From an uncultured Thermoleophilia bacterium (GTDB taxonomy: Bacteria; Actinomycetota; Thermoleophilia; UBA2241), in assembly GCA_963715985.1 (NCBI GenBank), contig CAVQSP010000005.1, forward strand, positions 1-45,317: DNA of 45,317 nt, read 5' to 3'. Both the position numbers and the translations under genes were made by a program. Positions 1 through 9,052 of this stretch are shown piece after piece. The number at the start of each line of letters is the position of its first letter. The first letter of the stretch is position 1. Below the pieces are notes generated by a model. It had not been told where the DNA came from, searched no databases, and saw only the letters and a list, made by a program, of their open reading frames with translations.

Positions 1-26
1 AGCTCGGACTCGCGGTCGCAGAGCAG

Positions 27-947
27 GTGGGGCGCGTCATCGTCGGCAAGGCCGACCAGACGCGCCTGGTCACCGCGGCTCTGCTTGCCGGAGGGCACGT
101 GCTCATCGACGACGTGCCCGGCGTCGCCAAGACCCTGCTCGTCCGTACTTTCGCCGCAAGTCTGGGCCTGAGCTTCTCGCGGCTGCAGTGCACCGCCGAC
201 CTCCTGCCCGCAGACGTGACCGGGTCCACGATCTTCGACCAGGGCAAGAGCACGTTCGACTTCCGCCCCGGCCCCATCTTCGCCAACGTGGTCCTGGCCG
301 ACGAGGTCAACCGCGCCACGCCGCGCACGCAGTCGGCCTTTCTCGAGGCCATGGAGGAGCGCAGCGTGTCGGTGGACGGGCACACGCACGCGCTGCCGCG
401 GCCGTTCCTCGTGCTCGCAACCCAGAACCCGGTGGAGCTCAAGGGCACGTTCCCGCTGCCGGAGGCGCAGCTCGACCGCTTTCTGGTGCGCCTGCGCATG
501 GGCTATCCGAGCGAAGATGAGGAGGCGCAGATGCTGGCCCGCTTCCGCGCCGGCGACCCCTTGAGCGAGGTGCAGGCCGTGGACGTCGCCGGCAGGCTGC
601 CGGCCGCCCAGACCGAGGTGCGCGACGTGCACGTGGCCGACGACGTCGCGCGGTACGTCGTGGCCCTGGCCCGCGCGACGCGCGAGACGCCGTTGTTGCG
701 GCTCGGCGCCAGCCCGCGGGCCTCGCTCGCATTGCTCCACGCCGCGCAGGCGTGGGCGGCGCTGGACGGCCGCGACTTCGTGACGCCCGACGACGTGCAG
801 ACCCTCGCCGTCCCCGTACTCGCACACCGCCTGCTACTCTCTCGCGACGCCGTGATCGAACGCCGCGACCCGGAACAGGTGCTGCGCGCCCTCGTCGCCG
901 CCGTGCCCGTGCCCGCCGAGGCGGCGGACGGCGCAGAGGACGGCTGA
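27..947 (+). CDS. moxR: MoxR-family AAA+ ATPase (frame is open to the window edge, so the true start may lie upstream)
   Basis: Walker A variant DVPGVAKT, RLQCTADLLPADVTG, Walker B LADEVNRATPRTQSAFLEAMEE, ATQNP, FPLPEAQLDRF, GASPRA. Confidence 0.95.
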   Translation: MGRVIVGKADQTRLVTAALLAGGHVLIDDVPGVAKTLLVRTFAASLGLSFSRLQCTADLLPADVTGSTIFDQGKSTFDFRPGPIFANVVLADEVNRATPRTQSAFLEAMEERSVSVDGHTHALPRPFLVLATQNPVELKGTFPLPEAQLDRFLVRLRMGYPSEDEEAQMLARFRAGDPLSEVQAVDVAGRLPAAQTEVRDVHVADDVARYVVALARATRETPLLRLGASPRASLALLHAAQAWAALDGRDFVTPDDVQTLAVPVLAHRLLLSRDAVIERRDPEQVLRALVAAVPVPAEAADGAEDG

Positions 948-958
948 CCCGGGGCTCC

Positions 959-2167
959 ATGCGCCTGCGCTCCATCGCCTGGGCGGCGCTCGCGGGGCTG
1001 GTGGTCGCCGCTCTGCTGCAGTCCGGCGCGCTCGTGTTCGCCACGCTTGCCGCCGCCATCTTCGCGACGCTGGTGGTGGTCAGCCGGCGGCGCGTGTTCC
1101 GCGACTTCACCTTCGAGCGCACGCCGGAGCGGCGGGTGATCGGGTGGGGCGGACGGCTCGAGGTCACCATGTCCCTGACCAACGCCAAGTTGCTGCCGCT
1201 CGTGTGGCTCCGCGTACGGGACCAGTGGCCCCTCGGCCTCGAGCCGCAGGGGTTCGCCCTCGAGCGCTCGGGGTGGAGGGACTCGCAGCGCCTCTCCCAG
1301 ACCCTGTCGCTGCGCTGGTACGAGCGCGTCCGGCGCCGCTACCAGGTGCGCTGCCTGCAGCGAGGCCTCCACCGCTTCGGACCCGCGGAGCTCGAGGCCG
1401 GCGATCCATTCGGCATCGCAGGGGTCACGCGCGAGGTCAGCTCTCGCGAGGAGATCGTCGTCCTGCCCAAGGTGCTGGACGTCCCGGACCTGGAACTGCT
1501 CACGGGGCGTCCGCTGGTGGAGGCGCCGGCCGCGCGCTCCCTGGCGCACGACCCGACGGAGCTGCGGGGCACGCGCCCCTACCAGCCTGGAGACGGCCTG
1601 CGTTCGGTGAACTGGCGGGCTACGGCTCGCACCGGCGCACTGCACACCAACGAGTTCGAGCCGACAGCTCTGGCGGCCACGCGGCTGCTCCTCGACGTGG
1701 GCGTGTTCGAGTACGTGTGGCAGGGCGTGGACCCCGAGCGCGTGGAGCTGCTCTGCGTGGTGGCCGCCTCCCTGGCGTCCGCCATCGCGGGACGCGGCCA
1801 CGCGGTGGGCCTGGCCACCAACGCACTCCTCGGTGGGGACTGGCGGCCCGTGGACATCGAGCCGCGGGAGGGGGCCCTGGACGACGTGCTCGAGACCCTG
1901 GCCCGCGTTGTCGTGATGCCGCCCGACGACTTCAGCCGGCTGCTCGCCGCGGAGATCGCCGACGAGACCGCGTCCGGCGACGTGGTCATCGTGACCGCGG
2001 CGTTGCGGCCGACGGCCCGCGCGCTCGTGGCGCGGATGCGGGCCGAGCGCCCCACGACCGTCGTGTTCGTGGGCAGGCCGTCCGCGGACGAACGCCCCCA
2101 GGTGGACGCCGTCGTGCCGGCGGACTTCGACTGGAGGACGCGCGATGCGCTCGAGCTCCTGGCATGA
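959..2167 (+). CDS. DUF58 domain protein (MoxR-associated)
   Basis: ATG 959 after moxR; N-terminal TM helix; RG..RFGP..GDPFG and RPYQPGDGLRSVNWRATARTG motifs. Confidence 0.9.
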   Translation: MRLRSIAWAALAGLVVAALLQSGALVFATLAAAIFATLVVVSRRRVFRDFTFERTPERRVIGWGGRLEVTMSLTNAKLLPLVWLRVRDQWPLGLEPQGFALERSGWRDSQRLSQTLSLRWYERVRRRYQVRCLQRGLHRFGPAELEAGDPFGIAGVTREVSSREEIVVLPKVLDVPDLELLTGRPLVEAPAARSLAHDPTELRGTRPYQPGDGLRSVNWRATARTGALHTNEFEPTALAATRLLLDVGVFEYVWQGVDPERVELLCVVAASLASAIAGRGHAVGLATNALLGGDWRPVDIEPREGALDDVLETLARVVVMPPDDFSRLLAAEIADETASGDVVIVTAALRPTARALVARMRAERPTTVVFVGRPSADERPQVDAVVPADFDWRTRDALELLA

Positions 2168-3503
2168 GCTCCTGACGCTCGCGCTCGCCGCCGTGGCCGA
2201 AGGCGTGTGGATCGGTGCGGCCGTGGGGCTGGTGACCAGCCAGTCAGGCCCGGCCTCGATGGCGTTCGCGGCGGCCGTGGTCTTCGTGGCGGCCGCGTTC
2301 GCCCGCCGCGCCAGCTTGGGCGGCGGGCCGAGCGGCGTGACGCGGGCTGTCGTCGTCCTGCTGCCGCTCGTCGCGGGCGGCGCGCTGTTCGCCGTCACAC
2401 GGTCCTGGGCCGGGCCGCATGTGGCAGCCAACGCGATCGCCGCGGTGGGCTACGCAGCCCTTCTAGTGCTGGCGGGCATCGCCTTCGGACGCGAACCCGT
2501 CTCGCCACACGACGCGGTGCTCCGCGCCGTTCGCGGTTTCGCTCTGCTGTGTGCCGTGCTCGTCGTCGCCGCACTCGCCGGTCAGACGCCGGCGTGGGCT
2601 GCCGGCGCGGTCGTGACGGTGCTGTTGGGGGGCGGCCTCCTCGTGGCCGCCGCCCGTTACCAGGCGCTCGCGGCCACCGCGCTCCCGTCCGACCGTGCCC
2701 CGGCCTTGCGCTGGCTACTGGCCGTGGTCGGCGTACTCCTGCTGGTCGTGGCGGTGGGAGCTCTCCTCGGTCTCGTCCTCCGCGTGGACGTGCTGCTGTG
2801 GGTGCTCGCGGTGGTGGGCGACGTCCTCCGCTTCCTGCTGGGACTGGTGGCGTTCGGCCTGGGATGGGCCGGAGCCGGGGTCCTCAGGCTGCTGGCCTGG
2901 CTGCTGAGCCTGGTCCACGTGCACGGGCTGCCCACGCCCCAGCCCCCGTCGGCGCCGGCCGGCCAGGTGCTCACCCCGCGGCGGGCGCCCGCGACCGGCG
3001 CCTGGGGGGTCGCGCGCGTCGTCCTCACCGTCGCGGCCGGAGTGGTCGCCGTCGGCGTGCCGCTCCTGCTGGTAGCGCTCGCCTTGCGGCGCACCCGCCG
3101 CGGGACGGCGGAGGACATACCGGAGGAGCGCGAGGCCATCGTGACGCTGCGCGGCGCGGCCGGCGGGGCGGCGGCGCGCCTGGGGCGACGGCTCCGCCGC
3201 CTCGTTCCACGCCGCCACTCCCCCGCCACGCCGGCCGAGCTCGTCAGGCGGCGCTACCAGGAGCTTGAGCGCCGCCTCACCCGCGCCGGGCATCCGCGGT
3301 CGCCCGGCGAGACGGTGCGCGCCTTCCTGCAGTCGGTGCCCGGCGCCCCGGACGCGGAAGACCTCGCCTCGGTGTACGAAGTGGCGCGCTACTCAGACCA
3401 TGCCGTCGACGAGACGCTCGCTCGACGCTTCGAGGCGTGCGCGGCCGTCTTCGGCGCGTCGGGGGCCGTCGGAGCGAAGTTGGCCGCAGGAGGTGTCGCG
3501 TGA
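2145..3503 (+). CDS. Polytopic membrane protein with C-terminal DUF4129-like domain
   Basis: Many hydrophobic helices; C-terminal RRYQELERRL..GHPRSPGETVRAF..LASVYEVARYS; third gene of MoxR operon. Confidence 0.8.
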   Translation: MRSSSWHELLTLALAAVAEGVWIGAAVGLVTSQSGPASMAFAAAVVFVAAAFARRASLGGGPSGVTRAVVVLLPLVAGGALFAVTRSWAGPHVAANAIAAVGYAALLVLAGIAFGREPVSPHDAVLRAVRGFALLCAVLVVAALAGQTPAWAAGAVVTVLLGGGLLVAAARYQALAATALPSDRAPALRWLLAVVGVLLLVVAVGALLGLVLRVDVLLWVLAVVGDVLRFLLGLVAFGLGWAGAGVLRLLAWLLSLVHVHGLPTPQPPSAPAGQVLTPRRAPATGAWGVARVVLTVAAGVVAVGVPLLLVALALRRTRRGTAEDIPEEREAIVTLRGAAGGAAARLGRRLRRLVPRRHSPATPAELVRRRYQELERRLTRAGHPRSPGETVRAFLQSVPGAPDAEDLASVYEVARYSDHAVDETLARRFEACAAVFGASGAVGAKLAAGGVA

Positions 3504-3672
3504 GCGCCGCCTCCTCGATGCCGTACATCCGGCGGCCGCACGAGCCTCCGCAAGCCTGGCCACTGGAGGGTCACCTGTAGGTTGCAGGTTCGCAACCGGG
3601 CGGCCGGCCGGGGAGGTCGGGCCGGCGCGGCCGCCCACTGCGCACGCCGTGTGCGCAAGCCCAGCCCGTCCG

Positions 3673-4171
3673 TCACGCCGCGCGCGCGAACGGTTCCTCG
3701 ATGGCCACGCGCGAGGGGTGCTCCGGGTCGTAGCGGATCGTGACCTCGGCGCCCGGCTGCAGGATGCTCTCCACCACTTCGCTCACGAACTGCGTGGTCC
3801 TCACACGATACGGCGGCGCATCCGGCGGGCAGACCTCGAGATCGCAGCGCACCTGGTGCGTACCGCCCTCGCGTGCCCAGCTCACGGCGCCCGGTCTCCA
3901 CGGCGCGGAGGACCCTCGCCTGCCCGGTGACGCCGCTCTTCAGCACCCGGCGCACCCCTCGCTGGGGGACGAAGAAGACCACCAGCGCGGCCAGCGCCAC
4001 GAAGAGCACCGCCATGCCCATGGACATGAGGATGGCCCCCGTCCCTCCGCCGATCGTCTCCGGCCAGTTGGCGTTCTCGCTCCACCCCAGCGCGTGGCCG
4101 GCCCAGTAGCCCAACCATCCGCCCACGATGCCGCAGAGCACCACAGTGGTGATGTTCAGGACCTTGATCAT
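3673..4171 (-). CDS. Membrane protein with DUF3592-like C-terminal beta domain; apparent frameshift in C-run at 3890-3892
   Basis: Strong RBS before ATG 4171; two TM helices, then GVTGQARVL..ETG; removing one base joins it to AVSWAREGG..LEV..PPYRV..LQPGAEVTIRYDPEHPSRVAI (ORF 3673-3885). Confidence 0.65.
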
Positions 4172-4368
4172 GACCTCTCTCCTCCCCGGCTCCCGGCGAG
4201 CCGACGCACAGACCGGGCGTGCCCTCTGCCGTTCATGTTCCCGGATTCCGCCTGCACTAGAGGCGTTTCGCAGGCTACACTCGGGGGGTATCGAACATGA
4301 GTGGTGCGCGTTTGGAACGCGCGCCCTCTGCGGGCAGAGGGCGAGAGTCACGGGGGAGGAAGCAGCGG

Positions 4369-5853
4369 ATGGGCACCGCGGGGCACGATCTGGGCAGTCT
4401 CATCGACCTGATGCGCGTACAGCGCATGTGCGAGAGTCTCTCGGCGGCCTTCGACATCGCCCTCGCAGTCCTCGACCCCGACGGCAAGATCCTCATCGCC
4501 TCCGGCTGGCAGGACATCTGCACCAAGTACCACCGCGAGCACCCCGAGACGCTCAAGGGCTGCCTCGAGAGCGACCTGCGCATCAACCAGCGGCTCGTGG
4601 AAGGACTGGGCGAGTCTGAGCACTACGCGTACCGCTGCGCCAACGGGCTCTGGGACGTCGCCTTCCCGCTCGTGATCGACGGTGAGCACCTCGCCAACAT
4701 CTACACGGGCCAGTTCTTCTTTGACGACGATGAGGTGGACCCGCAGGTCTTCGCCGAGAGGGCACGCAGGCTGGGCTTCAACGAGCGGGACTACATGGAC
4801 GCCTTTGCGCGGGTGCCGGTGCTCTCCCACGAGCACCTGCGCAAGTCCGTCGTCTTTCTGGCCGACTTCGTCGGCATGCTCGGGGAGATGGGGCTCACGG
4901 CCATGCTGCGCCAGCGCGAGCACGATGAGCTCAGGGAGAGCGAGCGCCGGTACCGTCACCTGTTCGACAACGCGGCAGCGGGTGTGGTCGTGTTCCGGGG
5001 GGCGTCGGACGACGGCGAGGTCGACGACCTCGAGATCGTCGACCTCAACCCGGCGCAGGTCGCCCGCACGCACCACGGGCGCGCAGACATCGTGGGGCGG
5101 CGGATGAGCGAGTACGACGAGGAGGACGCGCGCCTGCACACGTACTTCGCCCTCGTCGCCGACTGTATCGCGGCCGGCGCCCCGGTGAGCCGCGAGCTGC
5201 ACGTGCCCGAAGAGGACACCTACGAGCTGCTCACCGCGTACCCGGCCGGCCGCGACCTCTGGGCGCTGACCACCGCCGACGTCACCGATGCCCGGCGAGC
5301 CGAGCACCTCAAACGCAGGCAGGAGGAGGAGATCCGCCGGGCCTACGTCGACGTACTCGACGCCGTCACCGGCGGCAAGCTCATCCTGCTCACCGAAGAG
5401 GGGCTCCGGGGGGAGCTCGGCGAGCCCCTCAGCGAGCGGCTCACGTTCGCGGCACCGGCGGAGATGGCGCGGGCCCGCCGCCAGGTCGTGGAAGCCGCGG
5501 AGCGCCGCTACCCCGGACAGGTGGACCGCAGCGCCCTCATCACACCGGTCAGCGAGGCGCTCGACAACGCCCTGAAGCACGCTCACGGCGGCACCTACCA
5601 GGTGTTCGCGCGCAACGGCTGCGTGCAGGTGGCCATCAGCGATGGGGGTCCCGGCATCGACTTCCACATGCTGCCCAAGGCGACGCTGGTACGCGGCTTC
5701 TCCACGTCGGCCAGCCTGGGCATGGGCTTCACCATCATGCTCCAGCTCTGCGAGCGCGTGCTGCTCAGCACGCGCCCCGGCCACACCGAGGTCGTCCTCG
5801 AGGTGGCGGTGGACCGCACGCCCGCCGACCGCGAGCCGGCCCTTCTCGACTGA
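4369..5853 (+). CDS. PocR-domain / PAS / HATPase_c (anti-sigma-factor kinase-like) sensor protein
   Basis: RBS GGAGG; PocR motifs GWQDICTKYHR..C..SD, YRCANGLWDVAFPL, GQFF; ESERRYRHLFDNA PAS linker; EALDNALKH, DGGPG, SLGMG boxes; no HisKA His box. Confidence 0.85.
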   Translation: MGTAGHDLGSLIDLMRVQRMCESLSAAFDIALAVLDPDGKILIASGWQDICTKYHREHPETLKGCLESDLRINQRLVEGLGESEHYAYRCANGLWDVAFPLVIDGEHLANIYTGQFFFDDDEVDPQVFAERARRLGFNERDYMDAFARVPVLSHEHLRKSVVFLADFVGMLGEMGLTAMLRQREHDELRESERRYRHLFDNAAAGVVVFRGASDDGEVDDLEIVDLNPAQVARTHHGRADIVGRRMSEYDEEDARLHTYFALVADCIAAGAPVSRELHVPEEDTYELLTAYPAGRDLWALTTADVTDARRAEHLKRRQEEEIRRAYVDVLDAVTGGKLILLTEEGLRGELGEPLSERLTFAAPAEMARARRQVVEAAERRYPGQVDRSALITPVSEALDNALKHAHGGTYQVFARNGCVQVAISDGGPGIDFHMLPKATLVRGFSTSASLGMGFTIMLQLCERVLLSTRPGHTEVVLEVAVDRTPADREPALLD

Positions 5854-5865
5854 AGTCGACGCCGG

Positions 5866-6204
5866 CTACTCGGACCGCAGGGATGGGTGTCGGACTGCAT
5901 CCGTTGCGGCCGCATCAGCGCCGGCGCAGGCCTGCGGGGGCCCCGCGGAGCCTCCGCCGAGCTGCCGGACACGCTTCTTCGCATACGTCCAGGTGGAAGG
6001 GAGACGGAGCAGCACATGCAGGCCGGCAACGAGCGCCATCGCGTAGCCCACAAGTTCGTGCAGGTCGTCCAAGGGCAGGAACTCCTCACCCATGTCGTCC
6101 ATCCCCACGCCGGTGAGCAGCGCCAGACCGACGAGTCCGACGAGTGCCAGACTGGTGAGGATGGTGAGATCCTGGCGCACGGTGCGCACGGTCTTCTTGT
6201 CCAT
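5866..6204 (-). CDS. Small two-TM protein, DUF4405-like (His in TM segments)
   Basis: RBS AAGGAG; LLTG..LHE..G.....LH pattern; putative regulator box and -10 directly upstream. Confidence 0.6.
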   Translation of the reverse strand: MDKKTVRTVRQDLTILTSLALVGLVGLALLTGVGMDDMGEEFLPLDDLHELVGYAMALVAGLHVLLRLPSTWTYAKKRVRQLGGGSAGPPQACAGADAAATDAVRHPSLRSE

Positions 6205-6228
6205 GATGCTCCTTCCGGTGCCGGGACG

Positions 6229-6262
6229 AGTATGGAGGCCAAGAGCTTAAGGGCGTCATAAG
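6229..6262 (-). promoter_or_regulatory. Putative OmpR-family direct-repeat box plus -10 (CTTATG-N5-CTTAAG-N11-CATACT)
   Basis: Same geometry as the boxes at 8167-8200 and 8951-8984. Confidence 0.7.
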
Positions 6263-6313
6263 GGGCGACGGCATACGCCCGTCACCGCGACCGGCAGACT
6301 CGCGCCGGGTTCC

Positions 6314-7480
6314 CTAGGCCTTCAGCGTCACGATGAAGAGAGCGCCGCCGCCGGGCCGGTTCTCGGCTCTGAGACGCCACCCGTGCGCTATCGCGATGTT
6401 CATCGCGATGGCAAGACCAAGGCCGTGCCCCTCCTGGGAGCGGGAGCTGTCGGCCTGATAGAAACGCTCGAAGATGCGCGGCAGATCCCTCTCGGCGATC
6501 CCCGGACCGGTGTCGGCCACGCGCAGGCTGCCGCGCGTTAGCGTCACCTCGACCCGCCCACCCGCCGGCGTGAACTTGACCGCGTTGCCGACCAGGTTCG
6601 CGACCAGCTGCGCGGCTAGACCTTCGTCGGCCTGCGCCGTCACTGCGGGTTCGATCGAGGTGATGAGCGCGACGCTCTTCACCTGCGCGAGCGATGTGAG
6701 ACGGCCGACCTCGCGTTCGACGAGGGCGGAGAGGTCGACCGGCCGGCCCTCGATGGTCGTGGCATCCAGCGCCGCCAGCCCCAGCAGGTCGTCGACGAGG
6801 CGCGCACCGGCCTTGACCTCCTCCTTGGCCGCCACGATGTGGGCCTCGGGGTCGCCGCTGCGCAGCGCCAGGTCGAGCTCCGAGCTGATGACGGCCAGGG
6901 GCGTGCGTAGTTCATGACTGGCGTCGTGCGTGAATTGCGTGAGCCGCTCGAACATGCGCTCCGCCGGGGCCAGACTGCGGCGCGCGAACCAGAGGCCCAG
7001 GACCGCCGTCAGCGCAGTCACCAGGACGGCGGCGATGAAGAACACGGCGATCTCCCCGGGCAGTTCCGCCGGGCCGATGCGGTCCTGCCCCGCCAGCTGC
7101 ACCACCACGTCGCCACGCGAGGGCAGCGTCGTGCTGAGCACGCGATACGAGCTTCCGTCTGCGCGCACGGTCTGCAGCCGCGGCTCGTCGAGACCCAGGG
7201 GAAGGCGGGCGAAGATGTCGCTCGCGTACAGCACACGCCCGCCCTTCGTCACGAGCCGCACGTTGAAGGCTTCCTTGTGCAGCCACTGCGCCTGCTCCAC
7301 GGAGATCGGCGGGCGGATCTCCTCCCGGACGAGCGCGGCCTGGCGCTGCAACCGGTCGTCGAGCTGCCTGTTCACGTCCGTGAACTCGATGGCGATGAAC
7401 ACCACCCCCAACACCAGCATGAGGAGGAAGACGAGCGCCGTGAACTGCAGCGCAAGCTTGAAGCGAAGGCGGCGGAACAC
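6314..7480 (-). CDS. Membrane sensor histidine kinase (HisKA + HATPase_c)
   Basis: Two TM helices; H-box FTHDASHELRTPL; N-box NLVGNAVKF; DTGPGI, IFERFYQ, GHGLGLAI. Confidence 0.95.
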   Translation of the reverse strand: MFRRLRFKLALQFTALVFLLMLVLGVVFIAIEFTDVNRQLDDRLQRQAALVREEIRPPISVEQAQWLHKEAFNVRLVTKGGRVLYASDIFARLPLGLDEPRLQTVRADGSSYRVLSTTLPSRGDVVVQLAGQDRIGPAELPGEIAVFFIAAVLVTALTAVLGLWFARRSLAPAERMFERLTQFTHDASHELRTPLAVISSELDLALRSGDPEAHIVAAKEEVKAGARLVDDLLGLAALDATTIEGRPVDLSALVEREVGRLTSLAQVKSVALITSIEPAVTAQADEGLAAQLVANLVGNAVKFTPAGGRVEVTLTRGSLRVADTGPGIAERDLPRIFERFYQADSSRSQEGHGLGLAIAMNIAIAHGWRLRAENRPGGGALFIVTLKA

Positions 7481-7486
7481 GTGCTC

Positions 7487-8152
7487 TCAGGCCCGGATCA
7501 GGTAGCCCTTGCCGGGCACCGTGGTGATGAGCGAGCTGCCGAGCTTCTTGCGCAGATACGACACGTGTACGTCCACCGTCTGCGAGAACATCAGATCGTC
7601 GGACTCTCCCCACACCTGCTCGAGCAGCGTGAGCCTGTCCTGGACCACGCCCTTGTTGCGGAGGAGATGCTCCAGAAGCGCGTACTCGCGCGGCGCGAGG
7701 CTCACCGGGATGCCGCCCTTGCGTACCTCGTGGCTGTTGGCGTCGAGCTCCACCTCGCCGGCGACGAGCACGGGGCCGCGCTCCGGCGAGGAGCGCCGCA
7801 TGAGTGTGCGCACCCGGGCCAGAAGCTCGTCGATGTCGAAGGGCTTGACCAGGTAGTCGTCGGCGCCGCAGTCCAGGCCGAGCACCACCTGTCGCGTGGT
7901 GCTCCGCGCCGTGAGCATGAGGATGGGCACCGGCGAAGGCTCGTCACCGGCCCGCAGCGCCCGGCACACGTCGATGCCGTCCAGCTTGGGCAGGTTCAGG
8001 TCGAGGATGACGCACTCGAAGCGCTCGGAGAGGGCGCGGCGCAGGCCCTCCTCGCCGTCGTGCGCCACTGCCACGGCGTGCCCCGCGAGCTGCAGGAGTT
8101 CGCTGAGGTTGGCGGAGAGCTTCTCGTTGTCTTCGACGATGAGGATGGTCAT
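7487..8152 (-). CDS. OmpR/PhoB-family response regulator
   Basis: MTILIVED, ILDLNLPKLDG, LMLTAR, GADDYLVKPF, wHTH TVDVHVSYLRKKLG..ITTVPGKGY. Confidence 0.95.
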   Translation of the reverse strand: MTILIVEDNEKLSANLSELLQLAGHAVAVAHDGEEGLRRALSERFECVILDLNLPKLDGIDVCRALRAGDEPSPVPILMLTARSTTRQVVLGLDCGADDYLVKPFDIDELLARVRTLMRRSSPERGPVLVAGEVELDANSHEVRKGGIPVSLAPREYALLEHLLRNKGVVQDRLTLLEQVWGESDDLMFSQTVDVHVSYLRKKLGSSLITTVPGKGYLIRA

Positions 8153-8166
8153 GGGCGCTCCGGTCG

Positions 8167-8200
8167 ACGATAGCCGATGCGAGGTTAAGGCACCCTTACG
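8167..8200 (-). promoter_or_regulatory. Putative autoregulatory box plus -10 (CGTAAG-N5-CTTAAC-N11-TATCGT), overlapping the dedA stop codon
   Basis: Direct repeat with 11-bp period, 11 bp upstream of a -10-like hexamer, just before the response regulator ATG. Confidence 0.7.
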
Positions 8201-8847
8201 GCGTTCCTGCGCCGCCGCAACCAGGCGACGGCCGCGCTGACGGCCGCCGGAGCCAGGGAGAGAGCCACCGTCGCGACCACGATGACGCTCAGGTGGTCGC
8301 GCACCCACGCGACGCTGCCGAAGAAGTAGCCGGCCGCCACGAACGCGCCCACCCACAGGGCCGCGCCCGCGGCATTGAAGATGAAGAAGCGCCACGGGTC
8401 CATGCATGAGAGGCCGGCCACGAACGGCGCAAAGGTGCGCACGAACGGCACGAAGCGCGCCAGGATGACGGTCGTGCCGCCGTGGCGCCGGTAGAACGCC
8501 TCCGTCCGCTCCAAGTGGCGTGCCGGCACGAACCGGCCCAGCCGGCCGTCGAGGGCACGGCGCCCCACGTACCTGCCCAGCGCGTAGTTGGCGGCGTCCC
8601 CGAGCACGGCCGCCGCCATCAGCACGCCCGCGAGCAGCAGCGGGTCGAGGATCCCGGCGCCGGCCAGGGTGCCTGCCGCGAACAGCAACGAGTCGCCGGG
8701 CAAGAAGGGCGTCACCACCAGCCCCGTCTCACAGAACACCACGCCGAACAACACCGCGTACAGCCAGGCGCCGAGGTGTGCGGCCGCGGCGCCGAGGTAG
8801 GCGTCCAGATCGAGGGAGAGGTCGACGAGGCGGACGATGGCGTCCAT
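8185..8847 (-). CDS. dedA: DedA-family (SNARE_assoc/VTT) membrane protein
   Basis: FCETGLVVTPFLPGDSLLFAAG, GDAANY..G, ARFVPFVRTFAPFVAG. Confidence 0.95.
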   Translation of the reverse strand: MDAIVRLVDLSLDLDAYLGAAAAHLGAWLYAVLFGVVFCETGLVVTPFLPGDSLLFAAGTLAGAGILDPLLLAGVLMAAAVLGDAANYALGRYVGRRALDGRLGRFVPARHLERTEAFYRRHGGTTVILARFVPFVRTFAPFVAGLSCMDPWRFFIFNAAGAALWVGAFVAAGYFFGSVAWVRDHLSVIVVATVALSLAPAAVSAAVAWLRRRRNAVRVP

Positions 8848-8950
8848 GGGTATCAGCTCCGTTCGATGCGCTGGGCCGGTACGGGCGGAGTCTGACACGC
8901 CGGGTCATGGCGACACCACCCCAGCCGCCGTACCCCGCGTCCGGCGATGC

Positions 8951-8984
8951 GCTATGCGCCTCTTAACGTCGGGCCCCGCACACT
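8951..8984 (+). promoter_or_regulatory. Putative OmpR-family box plus -10 (GCTATG-N5-CTTAAC-N11-CACACT)
   Basis: Third copy with the same geometry, upstream of the secreted protein at 9053. Confidence 0.65.
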
Positions 8985-9052
8985 CAGCACGTGATCAGAC
9001 CACCGATCGCCCCATCGGGCGCCCATGGGCGCCCCGACGAAAGGAGATAGCC

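Noticed and set aside
503-2431. Long antisense and alternative-frame ORFs (for example 503-2431, 4348-5784, 9432-10928, 22184-23755, 36041-37438, 37974-39383)
   Set aside because: Shadows of real genes; stop codons are scarce in high-GC DNA, and the translations are Arg/Pro/Ala-rich with no family motifs.
3560-3610. GCAGGTTCGCAACC resembling a tRNA T-arm
   Set aside because: The T-stem does not pair, and no cloverleaf or acceptor stem can be built.
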